NCBI RefSeq assembly: GCF_009834535.1
Contig: NC_045697.1
Location: 1,614,001 to 1,678,000, forward strand
DNA: 64,000 nt
Source: Camelus ferus
Taxonomy: Eukaryota
Direction: 5' to 3'
Part shown: positions 24,952 to 36,875 of the stretch, piece after piece
Position numbering within the stretch: position 1 is the stretch's first letter
How the letters are laid out: each line of letters begins with the position of its first letter
The notes under the pieces: generated by a model
What the model was told of the DNA's origin: nothing
The model's input: only the letters and a program-made list of their open reading frames with translations
The model's database searches: none
Program-made: the position numbers and the translations under genes

Positions 24952-25468
24952 TGTAAGGCTGACCTACAGCAATGAAACAGCCAGGCTTACATACATGTAT
25001 ATATGTTCTATATACACACACATATATATATGCTTTTTTTTTTTTTTTTTTTTTACCAGCGAAACAGGTTTATCTGGGAGCAGGCAAAGAATTGCAACTC
25101 AAGACCCAAACCTTGTGAGCCACAGGCTAGTCCAGTAAACCAAAGGGGAGGACGCTGTTACAGCGGAGATGGGGAAGTTGGGCGGGGCTGTCACTAGGAG
25201 CCCCGGGGAGGAAGCTGGGACGTCAGAGCACAGCGGCTTTTCTCTGGCTGTGTGGTGTCCGCCTCGCACTGGCTCAAGTGTTGCCAGGCAAGGAGAAGCT
25301 CTTCCTCCCGCTGGCGGAGGTGAAGTCGTGTCACTTTCTGCGGGAGATTCAACACACGCATCTCCTCCCGCTGGGATCTGTACTGAATCCAGCGATTTGC
25401 GTGTGAGAGCTCCCCCTTATGGCCGCCCGTCTCCAGTTTAGTGAGTTCTCCCTTTATTAATTTTCACA
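24952..25468 (-). mobile_element. 5' LTR of the provirus
   Basis: Begins TGTGAAAATTAATAAA and ends TTACA on the minus strand; followed by PBS-like caGAGGCCCCA (24941-24951). Contains a TA/CA-rich tract and a poly-T tract at ~24990-25054. Confidence 0.85.
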
Positions 25469-25563
25469 CGACCTTCGTGGAAATCCAATTCGTCTCTCTT
25501 CTTTGCTGCATTTTCTTCTTGGGTTCCCTCTTTGACAGCAAAAAAAAAAAAAGATCCAAAAAC

Positions 25564-25663
25564 GGGGGTGGGTATAGCTCAGTGGTAGAGCGCATGCTTA
25601 GCATGCAGGAGGTCCTGGGTTCAATCCCTAGTACCTCCACCAAAAAATAAAATAAAATAAAAT
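25564..25663 (+). mobile_element. tRNA-Ala(AGC)-derived SINE (Vic-1-like), young copy
   Basis: Intact A box (TAGCTCAGTGG) and B box (GGTTCAATCC), anticodon loop TTAGCAT, (TAAAA)n tail, perfect TSD aaaaagatccaaaa (25548-25561 / 25664-25677). Confidence 0.92.
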
Positions 25664-26029
25664 AAAAAGATCCAAAAGAAAAAAAGACCTTCACCATCAG
25701 CTTCCCCGCATCCTTTCGATTTCGCAGACTGTTAACGTATTTCCAGTAGCCCAATTCACCAACAGGTGGGGCCCACCGTTACCTTTCAGCAAGTTCAAAA
25801 CCCACACAGGCACAGACTGGGCTGTTTGGCTGTGATTCTGTGGAAAGACTTCTTAGCCCATGGCCTGCCTTCCGACTCCTGAGGTCCACGAGCCTCGCGG
25901 GGGGCCGGGACCATCAAGACCCTCCACCCACAGAGCAGAGCCGCCTGGTCCTGGGAAATCCCGCCTGGGAAATGTATCTTCGCCTCCTGGAGGCTTTGGG
26001 TCACAGCAGGCAGTCTGCGCCAACAGTGT

Positions 26030-26370
26030 GACTTACAGCAGGGCTGTGGGGCCTGATGTACCACCTCGACCTTTGGAGGGGCCGGAGACGGAGGAACCAG
26101 CCAGTCACCGCAGGGTCCCCGCACACCACGGCTGCGCCAGCTTCCCGGGCTGGCGTACGTGCTGCTGGGAGGAGTGAGCGCTGTTGGCCAACTCCCCCAG
26201 GAGAGGACACCTGGCAGCTGGTGCCGGGTCTCCCTGCGCCCTGCCTTTTACCTTGCTGGTTTTAATGCGTATCCTTTTCTGTAATAAATTGTAACTGTGA
26301 GTGTGGTGGCTTGTGTGAGCTCTGTGAGTCCTTCTTGTGAACCCCTGAATCTGAGGGTGGTCTTGACAGC
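26030..26370 (+). mobile_element. MER21/MER68/MER77-family LTR remnant
   Basis: Characteristic 3' part 'gtatccttttctgtaataaattgtaactgtgagt...ctgtgagtccttct...ctgagggtggtcttg'; 5' limit uncertain. Confidence 0.7.
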
Positions 26371-27154
26371 AGGGCTTTTGGCAGCAAATGTATATTACTG
26401 ATTGGGGCAGCTGGGTTATTGCTCCCAGATTTCCACCACCTCTCGCCACACCCTTCTGCCACGTAGCTTGGGCACCTGCACTAGAGCGGGCCGAGCCTAT
26501 GCTCTGCCTGCTTGACACTGAGCTCAGCCCTCGGAGGTTGTGTGAGATGCGGCCTTGGGTGGCTTGTTTGCTTCTGCTGTCTGCCGCTGCACGGGAATAG
26601 CCACCCTGAGTGGCCTCCAATCCCGATCGGCAGGCCTGAGCCCCCACCTCCAGCCTGAAGCTGCTGAAGGCTGTGCCCTGCCTGTTCTCAGACGTGTCCA
26701 CACCCCCTCACCTGTGGTCACCGTGGACCAGCCATTCTGAGAGAGCCCCTCAAAAACACCAAGTTCTTTCCTGCCTCAGGACTTTGCACCTGCTATTCAG
26801 TCTGCCTGAGATGCTTGTTCCTTCCACTTTGTGTAGACTAACAGCTACCTCGAATGTGGGGTCACCCGGCACAACAGCACGAGAGGACAAAGGCCAGGGC
26901 AGCCGGGCGGTATGGCTGACAGCCTAGTGGGGAACCGGGCAGGAGCCCCCAGCCTGTGCCCTGGCCCGGGCCCTGTGTGTTTGGTTGGTGGCTGAGTACG
27001 CCTCTTGCCACCTCTGCCCTGTTCCCCTGCCCTCATGCAGCTGGAAATGTTTCTCCCGTGGGGTCACGGGTGCGCCTTCGTCCAGGTTTCCTGGCCAGCA
27101 CTGGGCACTCTGTGACGTGATGCATCCTCTGAGCAGCTGTGTGGATCCCCTCTG

Positions 27155-27415
27155 CAGTGAGGGGACGTGTGCCCCCCAAAAAGGCATGTCCACATCCTAT
27201 ACCCCAGAACCTATGAGTGGGACCTTATTTGGAAAAAGTCTTTGCAGATAGGATCTAATTTAAGGATCTCAAAATGAGATCATCCAGGATTATCTGAATG
27301 GGCCCTAAATCCAATGACCAGTGTCCTTAACAAGGGAAAGAGGAAGAGACAGACACACAAAAGAGAGCTCACGTGAAGACAGTCATGGAGTGGCACGGCC
27401 ACAGACCAAGGAGTG
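27155..27415 (+). mobile_element. MaLR LTR (MLT1C/D-like), 5' part
   Basis: 'gaccttatttggaaaaagtctttgcagat...gagatcatccaggattatctgaatgggccctaaatccaatgaccagtgtcctta'. Confidence 0.8.
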
Positions 27416-30400
27416 GCATGGCCACAGACCAGAAGCTTGATGGGCACAGTCTGCTCTGTGCCCGCTGCCTGGGTGTGCCAACCTCCTGGCTTCACCAAAA
27501 CCCCTGCTGAAAATGACAGCTCAAGAGCTCCCATGTCACCCAGTGCCCCAGAGGAGACCATCTCCCTCCACCCACAGTGCCCCACGTGCCCCTGGATCTG
27601 GGGTCCCCTGTGCCTGCCTCACAGAGTGTGACCCTGAAAGAGGAGCAGGCATCCATGGGCCCAGCGGGCCTCGGGCGTCAGGGCTACTGGCTTTGTTTAC
27701 TGTTTTATATTGTTTTGCCCTGATGAGTGGGACCTTAGCTCATCAGAAGGTGGCGGCAGGCTGTAGGGTAGGCAGGATCACGCTGGGATCAGGGGGCGCA
27801 GAAGGAGGGACTGTGCGCACAGGAGGTGGGGCTCACAGGCAGCACCGCGGTGGTCGCAGGACAACCTGTGCTGGGTCACCTCCCAGAAGAGAGGCCCTGA
27901 GCTGCCCAGCAGGCCCCTTCCAGGCCCGGCATCCCTGTCCCCTTCCTCCTCACCATCCCCACAGCCCCCCATGGGGCTCCCTCGGTCCCGCTCAGCAGGG
28001 AGACTGCCACGAGGGGCAGGCAGGGTGTGGGAGGCTCAGTTGGGGCATGGGGGTTGGGGCCCCACCCCACTCACCCTTTCATGTCCCCCCTCCTCCAGGT
28101 GCCTTCGTTGACCCCCAGGAGGCTTTCGTCCAGAGAGGGCAGGGAAGACAGGTGACCTGTCATTAGACACCAGGAGGGAGGAGGGAGCCATACAGGCATC
28201 TGGGGAAGGAACCGAGTCGTCAAGGACCAGCAAGGGCAAGAACCGCGGCGGAGGCTGGGCAAGCGGGAGAGGGCACGGAGCGGGGACTGGACAGGGTGAG
28301 CCTCCCAGCCCGGGTGCAGTGTCTTCCCTGAAGCGTTGTGCGAGCCGCGCGCACACGGCGGGGAGCGGGCCGCTCAGTCCTACTCTTGCCCCTGGCTCCG
28401 CTGCAGCAAGATCTAAGGAAACCACCTGCTTGTCCTGCTGGTGGAGCTCAAACCTGTGCACTGTAGACCCGGGAAAGCAGGGGAAGAAACAGAGATCGCC
28501 CAAATGGTGTGTCTGAGCAGCTTGCAGCAACCGCCTGAGAGGCAGGCAAGAGACAGAAAACGCCAGGCCCACCTGAGAGTCTGAAGCTGATGTGGGTGAG
28601 GCCGTGTTTGGCACCGTTGGTGGTGTGAGCCGGAGACTGGCTCCTCAGCTCTGTCCCCGTGGCCCAGCGTGGCCCCATGACCTCTCTGACCTCGCACCTT
28701 CTCCCCATCAGTGGGCGCGGGGCGGACTGCCGGGGCTGTGGGCCGCGGGCAGCAGAGACTCAGAAGCAGGGACACCCGGAGCCCTGGGAGCACAGGACCC
28801 TGGATACAGGCCCTGGGAGGACCCCCTGGCCAACCGACCTCTGGCCGCAGCTGCCTCGGAGCCCAAGGGCCCACCAACGGCCTCCCTGGAGAAACAACCT
28901 CTGACAGGCTGCCCACAGTCATTTCTTGACTGAATGACCGAAATGCAAATTCTGCGGGAGACCTATTTGGTTCCTGGTGAGCACAGGCACCTCAGGGCAG
29001 CTCGGCCCCTGGGCAGAGCTCAGGGGCATCTGACACCACGGAGGGGGCCCGGGCACAGCAGAGGAGACCTGGCTGGTGCCAGGCTGGCCTGTGCCAGGCT
29101 GGCCGGGCTCCTGTGTGGCGTCCCTCTGGGCTACCTCTTTCCTGAGACCACACTCGGCCCCAGGATGCCCTCAGCCCTCAGGGGCGGAAAGAGGCCATCC
29201 CGCGAGTGTCCACAAGGGGGTGACATGGCCCACAGCTTCCGGGGGCCAACCGGCTTGGGGATCAGAGCCTTAGGCGGGACTTGTCCGTGAGCAAGCCCTC
29301 CCCCAGCACCTAAGCTCCGGGGCCAGCGCCCCAGCTCCTGGCTGCTCCTGAGCACGTGGAATCTGCCCCCGCTGCCCCATAGGCCTCTTCACCTCCCTCA
29401 ACAACCTCGTTCGTCTCAAGTTCATCTCAGAGCAGAGACACCAGCCTGCTCGCCCTCGTGCGCCCATGCGCACTACAGGGACACTTCGACTTCAGTCCTG
29501 TTGGTCTAAAGTGTGGTTCAATCCAGAAGCTTCCATGGCCCTAAAGATATATCCTGACCGTGTTAGGAAACATGCCCTTGCACACCGCCTTCCCTCCCCA
29601 GCTTATCCCTCCACGACGGTGTCCAGGCGGATTGGGAGGGGAGCTCAGGGGTCCTGCGGCTCTGGGGAAGGGGGTCTCTGCCATGGCACCGGCCTTGGGT
29701 GCGCTGGTTAGCACTGACTGGTTTCCGTGGTGATGGCCCTTGTCTTCCCGATTGCAGGCTTCCCCTGCCCTGGACCCCACTCTGCCTTCCTCTGCCCATG
29801 CCCTCCCTACACAGGAGGGGTCTGCATGGCCATTCAGAGCCTGTACTTCACGGCTAGACCACCCTCTGGGGGCCAGGACCCAGAATTCCCTGGGCAAATG
29901 GCCCTGGGCTGCCCTTGTCCCCAGCTCTGTCACCCTGAGGGCAGATTGTGCCACTGGTGCATGCGGCCCTGGTGAGCTGCAGACAGAGCTCAGCAGTGAG
30001 AGGGTGTGGGCACCTCGGAGTGTATACTGGGGAGGCTGGAGGCCTCGGAACAGGGGCCGCGGCCCACTCTCCTGCTGTGCTGGAGGTTCACGCCAAGAAC
30101 TCAGGGAAGCTCCAGACCATGAACCCAGACCATGAACCCAGAGCTGCCCTTCCAGGATGCCGCGAGGTGTATTCACCCGTGGACAAGGAGAGAGAGTTTC
30201 TGTGACACGGCTCAGAGTTTGATGTGTGGCTCTGAAATATCTGAACACGTGGATCGTGGATCTCCCCTGGGCAAACTGGCTGGACGGGCGCCACACTTCC
30301 CTCCCCTCAGTGTTCTCTCTCCTCCCATAATCCATGGCCTCTTACTTCCCTGACACTCTGCTGCTGAGAGCATCCCGGCCACACTGTGGGACAGTCTTTG

Positions 30401-30689
30401 TCCCGAGTGCCCTTGCTTAGGTGTGGCTGGACTAAAGGGGAGAGAAAGGAGCGTGGCGATCACTCTCCAGGTCTTGGCAGGCCCAGGGCCACTGTTACTG
30501 CATGCTCTGCTTTTGGAGAGCTTTCTCCTTCCCTAGCAGGTAAGAGGGATGGCGGTGCCAGGACAGAGGCGGGTACTGTGAAGCAGGACCTCTAAGTAAG
30601 GACTTGCAGGGGATGAAGGAGCAGGAAATGCAGATTTCTGGGAAGAGCGTTCCAGGCAGAGGGAGCTACTATGGGAAAGCCCAGAGGCT

Positions 30690-30950
30690 TCACCTGCTGT
30701 TGCTGGCTTTCAGGATGCAGGGAGAGGCTACGGCCAAGGGTGGGGCAGCCTCTAGGCTCTGGGAAAGGCCAGGCAACGCTTTCTCCCCTCAGAGCCTCCA
30801 GAGGAATGCAGCCCTGCAGACACCTTGGTTTCAGCCCAGTGGGACCCATGTCAGACTTCTGCCCTCCAGAACTGTAAGATAATAAATTTGTGTTGTTTTC
30901 AGTCACTGAGTTTGACGTAATTGTTACAGCAGGCATGGGAAACACATGCA
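30690..30950 (+). mobile_element. MaLR LTR (MLT1D-like), 3' part
   Basis: 'agagcctccagaggaatgcagccctgcagacaccttggtttcagcccagtg...cagacttctg..ctccagaactgtaagataataaatttgtgttgtttt'. Confidence 0.85.
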
Positions 30951-32257
30951 GACTAGAGGGTGGTGAGGCAGAAATTGGAGGAGGCCCTGGGGCCATAGGC
31001 CTGAGCAAGGGGTAGGCCTGGGACGGGACGGGGGAGTGGGGTGTGGGGCAGCCACCTTGGCAGCCAGCTCACTGCGGGAGGCCCTCAGCAAAATGAATGA
31101 AGGTTTAGGTGCTCAGTAAATGTGTGTGGTATGCACTTGTGAACAAATGACTTGATGAGGCTGAGCTGGGACCCCAGTGGGGGGTGTGGGGCCAGGAGAG
31201 GATCTGGACCCTTGCCAGTCCCTAGAGCTCAGGCAGGCTCCAGTGGCCCCTGCAGGAATGTCCTGTCCAGCCTGCGTGATAGCACCCCTGTCCCCCCCCC
31301 CCAGCTCTAGGCGAATAGCCAAGTGGAGGTGTGGCTTGCCCCCTCCTGCCGCCTTCCTCCCAGGCCTCCTCCTAACCTGCTCCTGCCCACTGAGAGCCCC
31401 TCTGGGAACACCATTTTTCTCCATCTTGCTCCATTCCCAGACATATTTAGTGCTAGGGCTTCTTGCCAGGCCCTCTAGCCCTGGAGAGGATTCAAGGAGA
31501 TTCTAAGCCTTCCTACAGGAAAGAGGGGTCTGCCCTGGACCAAGAAGCCAACTCTTGGGACCCTCAATCTGCTTTTCCAGCCCTGGAAGTAGGAGTCTTC
31601 TAAAGGGGTCAACAAGGCAGGGCTCTCCCAGCCAGGGTCCCCAGGGCCAGGAGAAGGAGTGAGGACCCCGGTGGGGGCACCTGCAGGCTGGGCAATTTTG
31701 GCAGCCTCCAGTGGTGGTGAGTATGGAGCATGGCAGCTGAGGATGGGCAGGGCAGGAAACCAGTGCAGCCCGGGGCGGGGGCCTTGACAAATCTCTCCCC
31801 TCTCTGGCCTCAGTGTTTGCATCTGTTCAATGGAGAGTAGCCGTGTGCAGCTGCTTTTATCATTTGTGAAACACATTTGCGTCAAGTGCCCACAGTGTGG
31901 CTAGTGGTCTCTGCTCCCAGAAAGGCCATTTCATCTTGATGAAGGTGGTGTGCCCGTAAGCTGGAGGTGACCTCACTTGTGAGGGTGATGCTCGCCAGAG
32001 CCCCCAGCCTCACGGTCCCTGGGCTACATGGTGATGGTGGCTCTTGGGTCTTTGGTGCCTCCTTCTTTATTGGAGCCACTTTCCTCCTCCCAGGAGCCAC
32101 CCACTCACACACACAGGGGAGTAACTATATTTCATAACCAGACAGAACCTCCTTCTTGGCTATCAGTGAGGGTGTTGGCTGATATTTGAGGTGTCAGCTG
32201 ATAACCAAGCTGTTACCTGTCAACTCAGGTGTTGAGTGACGGCATAAGTGTTATCTG

Positions 32258-33436
32258 CAAGAACATAGGCAAAACATTCTCTAACATAAATTGCAACAAT
32301 ATTCTCCTACCAGTCTACCAAGGCAATAGGAATAAAAGCAAAAATAAACAAATGGGACTTAATCAAACTTACAAGCTTTTGCAGAGCAGAAGAAACCATA
32401 AGCAAAATGAAAAGACAACCTATGGAATGGGAGGAAAATATTTGCAAACGATGCAGCTGACAAGGGCTTAACTTCCGGAATATACAAACAGCTCATACAA
32501 CTCAATAACAAAAAACAAACATCTCAGTCAAAAAATGGACAGAAGACCTAAAAAGACATTTCTCCAAAGAAGACATACAGATGGCCAATAGGCACATGAA
32601 AAGATGCTCAGTCTTACTAATTATCAGAGAAATGCAAATCAAAACTACAATGAGGTATCACCTCACTCCCATCAGACTAGCCATCATTAAAATGTCCACA
32701 AACTATAAATGCTGGAGAGGGTGTGGAGAAAAGGGAACCTTCCTACTCTGTTGGTAGGAATGTAAATTGGCGCAGCCACTGTGGAAACAGTATGGAGGGT
32801 CCTTAAAAAACTAAAAATAGATTTACCATATGATCCAGCAATCCAACTCCTGGGCATATATCCGGAGAAAACTCTAATTTGAAAAGATACATACACCCCA
32901 ATGTTCATAGCAGCACTATTTATAGCCAAGACATGGAAGCAAGCTAAGTGTACATCAACAGATGACTAGATAAAGAAGTTGTAGTATACACACACAGACA
33001 CACACACAGAGGAATACTACTCAGCCATAAAAAAGAATGAAATAATGCCATTTGCAGCAACATGGATGGACCTAGAGATTATCATACTAAATCAGAGAAA
33101 GACAAATATTGTATGGTATCATTTAAATGTGGAATCTAAAAAAAAGACACAATTGAACTTATTTACAAAATAGAAACAGGCTCACAGACACAGAAAACAA
33201 ACTTATGGTTGCCAAAGGGGAAGGGAGGAGGGAAAAATTAGGAGTTTGGGATTAGCAGATATAAACTACCGTATACAAAATAAACAGCAAGGTCCTACTG
33301 TATAGCACAGGGAACTACATTCAATATCTTGCAGTAATCTATAATGGAAAAGAATATATATGTGTATAACTGAATCACTCTGCTGTAGACCAGAAACTAA
33401 CACATTATGAATCAGCTATACTTCAATGAAAAAAAA
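32258..33436 (+). mobile_element. 5'-truncated LINE-1 (end of ORF2, 3'UTR, poly-A)
   Basis: Colinear with ~17160-18360; TSD aagtgttatctg (32246-32257) / aagtattatctg (33437-33448). Confidence 0.95.
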
Positions 33437-34259
33437 AAGTATTATCTGTGAGTTAAGACGTTTGATGTCAAAGCTTAAGGCTGATTGGAGTTATTTTTAG
33501 CAAAGAGGTTTTGCAGCAGAGACTGCCAAGGGCAAACAAGCCCAGGAGGGCAGCTTCTAGCGTGGTGAGTCAGGTCACAGCCTGCTGGGCGCCTCAGGTG
33601 TTTGCGGACACTCCCGGGATGCTCCTCCCTGGGTGCAAAGTCCCTTCATGTGGGAAAAGCCCAGGAAAATGCAGTCCTCACTGAGCATGTGGGAAGATGG
33701 GGCTCAGAGGGAGAGACTAACTCCAGCCTTGGTGGCCCGGGATAGAGGCAGGACCCCCCTGTGTCCCCATGACCCCAGCGCCTCACACTCCTCTCTAAAA
33801 GACTCAGAACTGATGGCCCCGGAGGCCTCTAGAAGTGTGAGTGAAGTGGAGCTAAAATAAGCAGGGCTGGCTGGAAACATAGCAGAGAACCAGGTCTTCC
33901 CCCAGCCCCCACCCACAGCTGGGCATCTGGACCTCCCCCACCAGGTCACACACTGCAGGCATCTTGCCTGGCTTCTCTGGACTGGGGACATCAGGCCTGG
34001 AGCAGGTGGGGGGGTCCAGTCCACATTTACATAATGCTGAGTCCCTAGCCATATCCCACCCACCCACGCTGGAACCCTGGAGACTGGGTCTCCCCTCCGG
34101 GTAGGATATGGGAGAATCTGATCAGCAAGGAGACCCTAAAGGCTGTTTCCTGCCAATCACTGCATGGTAAAGCTCACAGTCAACAAGCCTTGCTCACAAG
34201 TTCCACTCTCCAGGCTGAGCAGCCAGCCAGGAGGACCAGACGTCCGAGGGACCCCTGTA

Positions 34260-35900
34260 ATGTGGAAGACTGAAGCAAAACAAACAGGAAAAGGGCAACT
34301 GGGAGGAAACAGATGACTTAGAAAAACCCTCATTAACATCCTCAGGAAGACAAAGGAAAATGTATTCATGAAACAAGAACTGGGCACTATAAAGAAGGAA
34401 CGCTTACAGACTAGAAGGAGCTCCTGGAAATTAAACATATAATCATGGAACTAGAACACTCAGTAGAAGGGTTAGAAGACAAGATTGTGGAAATCTTGCA
34501 GAAAGTAGAGCAAAAAGTTGGGGGGGAAGTTGAAAGTAAGGGAGAAAAAGGAGAGGAAAGTATTAGAGAACAGGTCTAGGAGATCTGATATCTACATAGC
34601 AGGAGTTCTAGAAAGAGAATAGGAGGGCAGAAAACAGTCAAAGAAATTTGGAAAGTTTCACAGAAATTAAACCTGAGTTTCCAGATTGAAAGGATCCACT
34701 GAACACTCAGGTCCAAGCATGAAAATAGATGCACATCAAAAGGGAATTTCAGAGTACTAGAGACAAAGAGACAAGAAAAGATCCCAGAAGCATCCAGAGA
34801 GAAACAGCAGGTGACATACAAATGACTAGGATCAGACTGGATTCAGACTTCTCGAAGCTGGGAGACAACGGACAAAATCTCTCAGTTCTGAAGTTAAATG
34901 CTTTCCAAGCCAGAATTCGATGCTCAGCCAAACTGAGAGAGGTGATGAGGCAGGCTGACGGATCCTGGCTGATTAACAACAAGGGAACGAAAGTGCCAGG
35001 CTGTTAAAAAAAAAAGATTGTTTCTCATATCCCACGGCTGGCTCCAAGGTCAAAGCCCTACAAGTGGACGTTCTGTGTTCTACACCTGCTCCATCGATCC
35101 CAAGGACATACTCGTATCTCTTTCTCTGTTCTCTTTTCCCACCCAGGTTTCTGTTTTAGGGCTGAACTCCACGGGAGGAGAGAGCCAATAACAAAAGGTG
35201 ATTGGACTACCGGTGGGCTGTCCAATTTGGGGTCCTTCTGTCCACTAACAAAACTGTGAATCAAGAGTGAGGGTAAAGGAAAGATATTTTCAGAATGATA
35301 AGGCCTCAAAAAATTTACGTGCCTGCACCCTTTCTCAGGAAGCTACTTGGTATGCTCCACCAAACAGAGGGAGGAAAGCAAGAAAGAGGAAGTCGTGGGA
35401 TGCAGGAAGCAGGGGATCCAGCCGCGGAGAGGACGTCGGGGACTTCAGGGTGCTGGTGAGGCAGTTCCCAGCGTGCAGGCTGTGCCCAGCTTAGAACTGA
35501 GTCTATTTCGAGGTGATACACCTGAGACACCAGGTGACTTGGGGCAGATGTGGACACTTGGCAGAATTTGGAGTTGAGTAAGAAATGAGAATGAAGCAAA
35601 ATTAAAATATGACACTAACTCCAGGGAAAACGAGAAGTTGAGCAAGAAAGGAAAAGTTGCCATGCTGCGTACATTATGCGGCTCAGACACGAACAGAGTC
35701 CGTGTCAGATCATAATGATGTCAACCATGACTGTTGATCAAAACAAGATGCTGGTAGGATGATACTGGAGGTCAGGAAGTTGCAGTCTAAGCGTGTGGTT
35801 TGGGGATACAGAGGTGAAACCAAAAGACTGAGTTAAAAGTTGCGATGGAAAATGAGGTGCAGGGGACTGTGGTGTTTTGTGAGAAGCCTTGTAAAACTCA
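34260..35900 (+). mobile_element. HAL1 / ancient L1 ORF1-like remnant, split by a short solo LTR
   Basis: A-rich ORF1-like blocks ('gagtttccagattgaaagg', 'atcagactggattcagacttctc', 'ctcaaaaaatttac...gcaccctttctcaggaagctact'); family assignment from memory. Confidence 0.65.
34934..35250. mobile_element. Short solo-LTR-like insertion (317 bp)
   Basis: TG...CA termini and 4-bp TSD AAAC (34930-34933 / 35251-35254); the host HAL1-like sequence resumes across it. Orientation uncertain. Confidence 0.7.
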
Positions 35901-36769
35901 CTGTTTAAATTACATGCATGCATAACTCGGATAATGAGTAGAAACTAAATTAAAAACACACACTATTGAGTTACACGCCCAGTTTTACCTTGTTGGTAAA
36001 CCGGTGGGATGTGAACTTGTGCCTCAGGATCAACTCATTTTTGTGCCGCCCTGGAAAGAGTAAATATAGATTCTCCTTATAACAGGTAAATACATGCAGG
36101 TGTAGAGACAAAATGCCGCTTTTACTTGCTGTTGGATACTGGGGTGCCACGTGAAAGCTTTATCTTTAAAAAGCAAAAGATGCTACCTCATTGTTCTCAT
36201 TTGTATCTAATTAATTACTAGGGAGATAGAATGGGTTTAAACTTGTCTTATTGGTCACGTATAGTTAGTTCTTCTTCATGAATTGCTATTTGTGCCCATT
36301 TTCAACTAAAGGTAGAAACTTGTAAATAACTTGTAAAAACGCTTTTTGTGTTGACCCCTTGTTGCTTCACGCGTTTTGCACGTATTCCTTCCCAGGTCGT
36401 CGGCGTCCTCTCAATTCTGTTTGTGGTGTCCTGATACCCGCCTTTTGGGGGCTACTTCTATGTGGCCGTATCTACTGGCTCTTTCCTCTATCTACTCCAA
36501 AGCTGGTCATTTTACCTTTGGTTTCGCACCCAGAAAGCCTGTCTCATCCCCACAGGACACAAGCGTCTACATTTTCTTTTTATGTTCTGTTTTTTTTTTT
36601 TTTTTTTTTTTTGCGTTGTTTTTCACATTCCAAGTCTTTGATCTGGCTGAAACTTACTTCGGTGTGAAATGGGAGGCAGGGTCTCTTTCTCCGTCTAATG
36701 ATTAGCCAGGCATTCACGCACGGCATTCCTGGCCAACCATTTACAAATATTTACAAACCAGTGGAGGCT

Positions 36770-36875
36770 GGGAGGGTATGGCTCTGTGGTAGAGTGCATG
36801 CAGGCACGTTCAATCCCCAGTCCTCCGTTAAAGAAAGAAAAGCAAGAAACCTAATTACCTCCCCCACCAAAAAAA
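36770..36875 (+). mobile_element. Degenerate, internally deleted Vic-1-like SINE
   Basis: 'gggagggtatggctctgtggtagagtgcatgc...gttcaatccccagtcctcc' and tail 'aaacctaattacctccccc', shared with the copy at 22226. Confidence 0.75.

Larger units (their letters stand above)
13828..25468 (-). mobile_element. Decayed class I (ERV1/gamma-like) provirus: 5'LTR-gag-pro-pol-3'LTR, with nested insertions
   Basis: Two homologous LTRs, PPT and degenerate PBS. Minus-strand motifs in correct order: capsid MHR-like 'QACSPQSDEPVYDYYRRLQVTF' (~23085-23159), zinc knuckle 'CYNCKEPGH*KK..C' (~22728-22778), protease 'LIDARATLS' (~22545-22572), RT 'MPQG' (~21561-21572) and 'YIDDLLL' (~21453-21473), RNase H region (~20200-20500), integrase C-terminus 'LQPGESVYRKRH..QPHWRGPCQVLLT' (~18800-18890). 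Confidence 0.9.

Noticed and set aside
13820..25475. Target-site duplication of the provirus
   Set aside because: The flanks (caga / cgac) do not match convincingly, so none is claimed and the outer LTR boundaries remain approximate.
25568..25642. Possible functional tRNA-Ala(AGC) gene
   Set aside because: TSD, A-rich tail, stem mismatches, no adjacent poly-T terminator and related copies elsewhere indicate a SINE.
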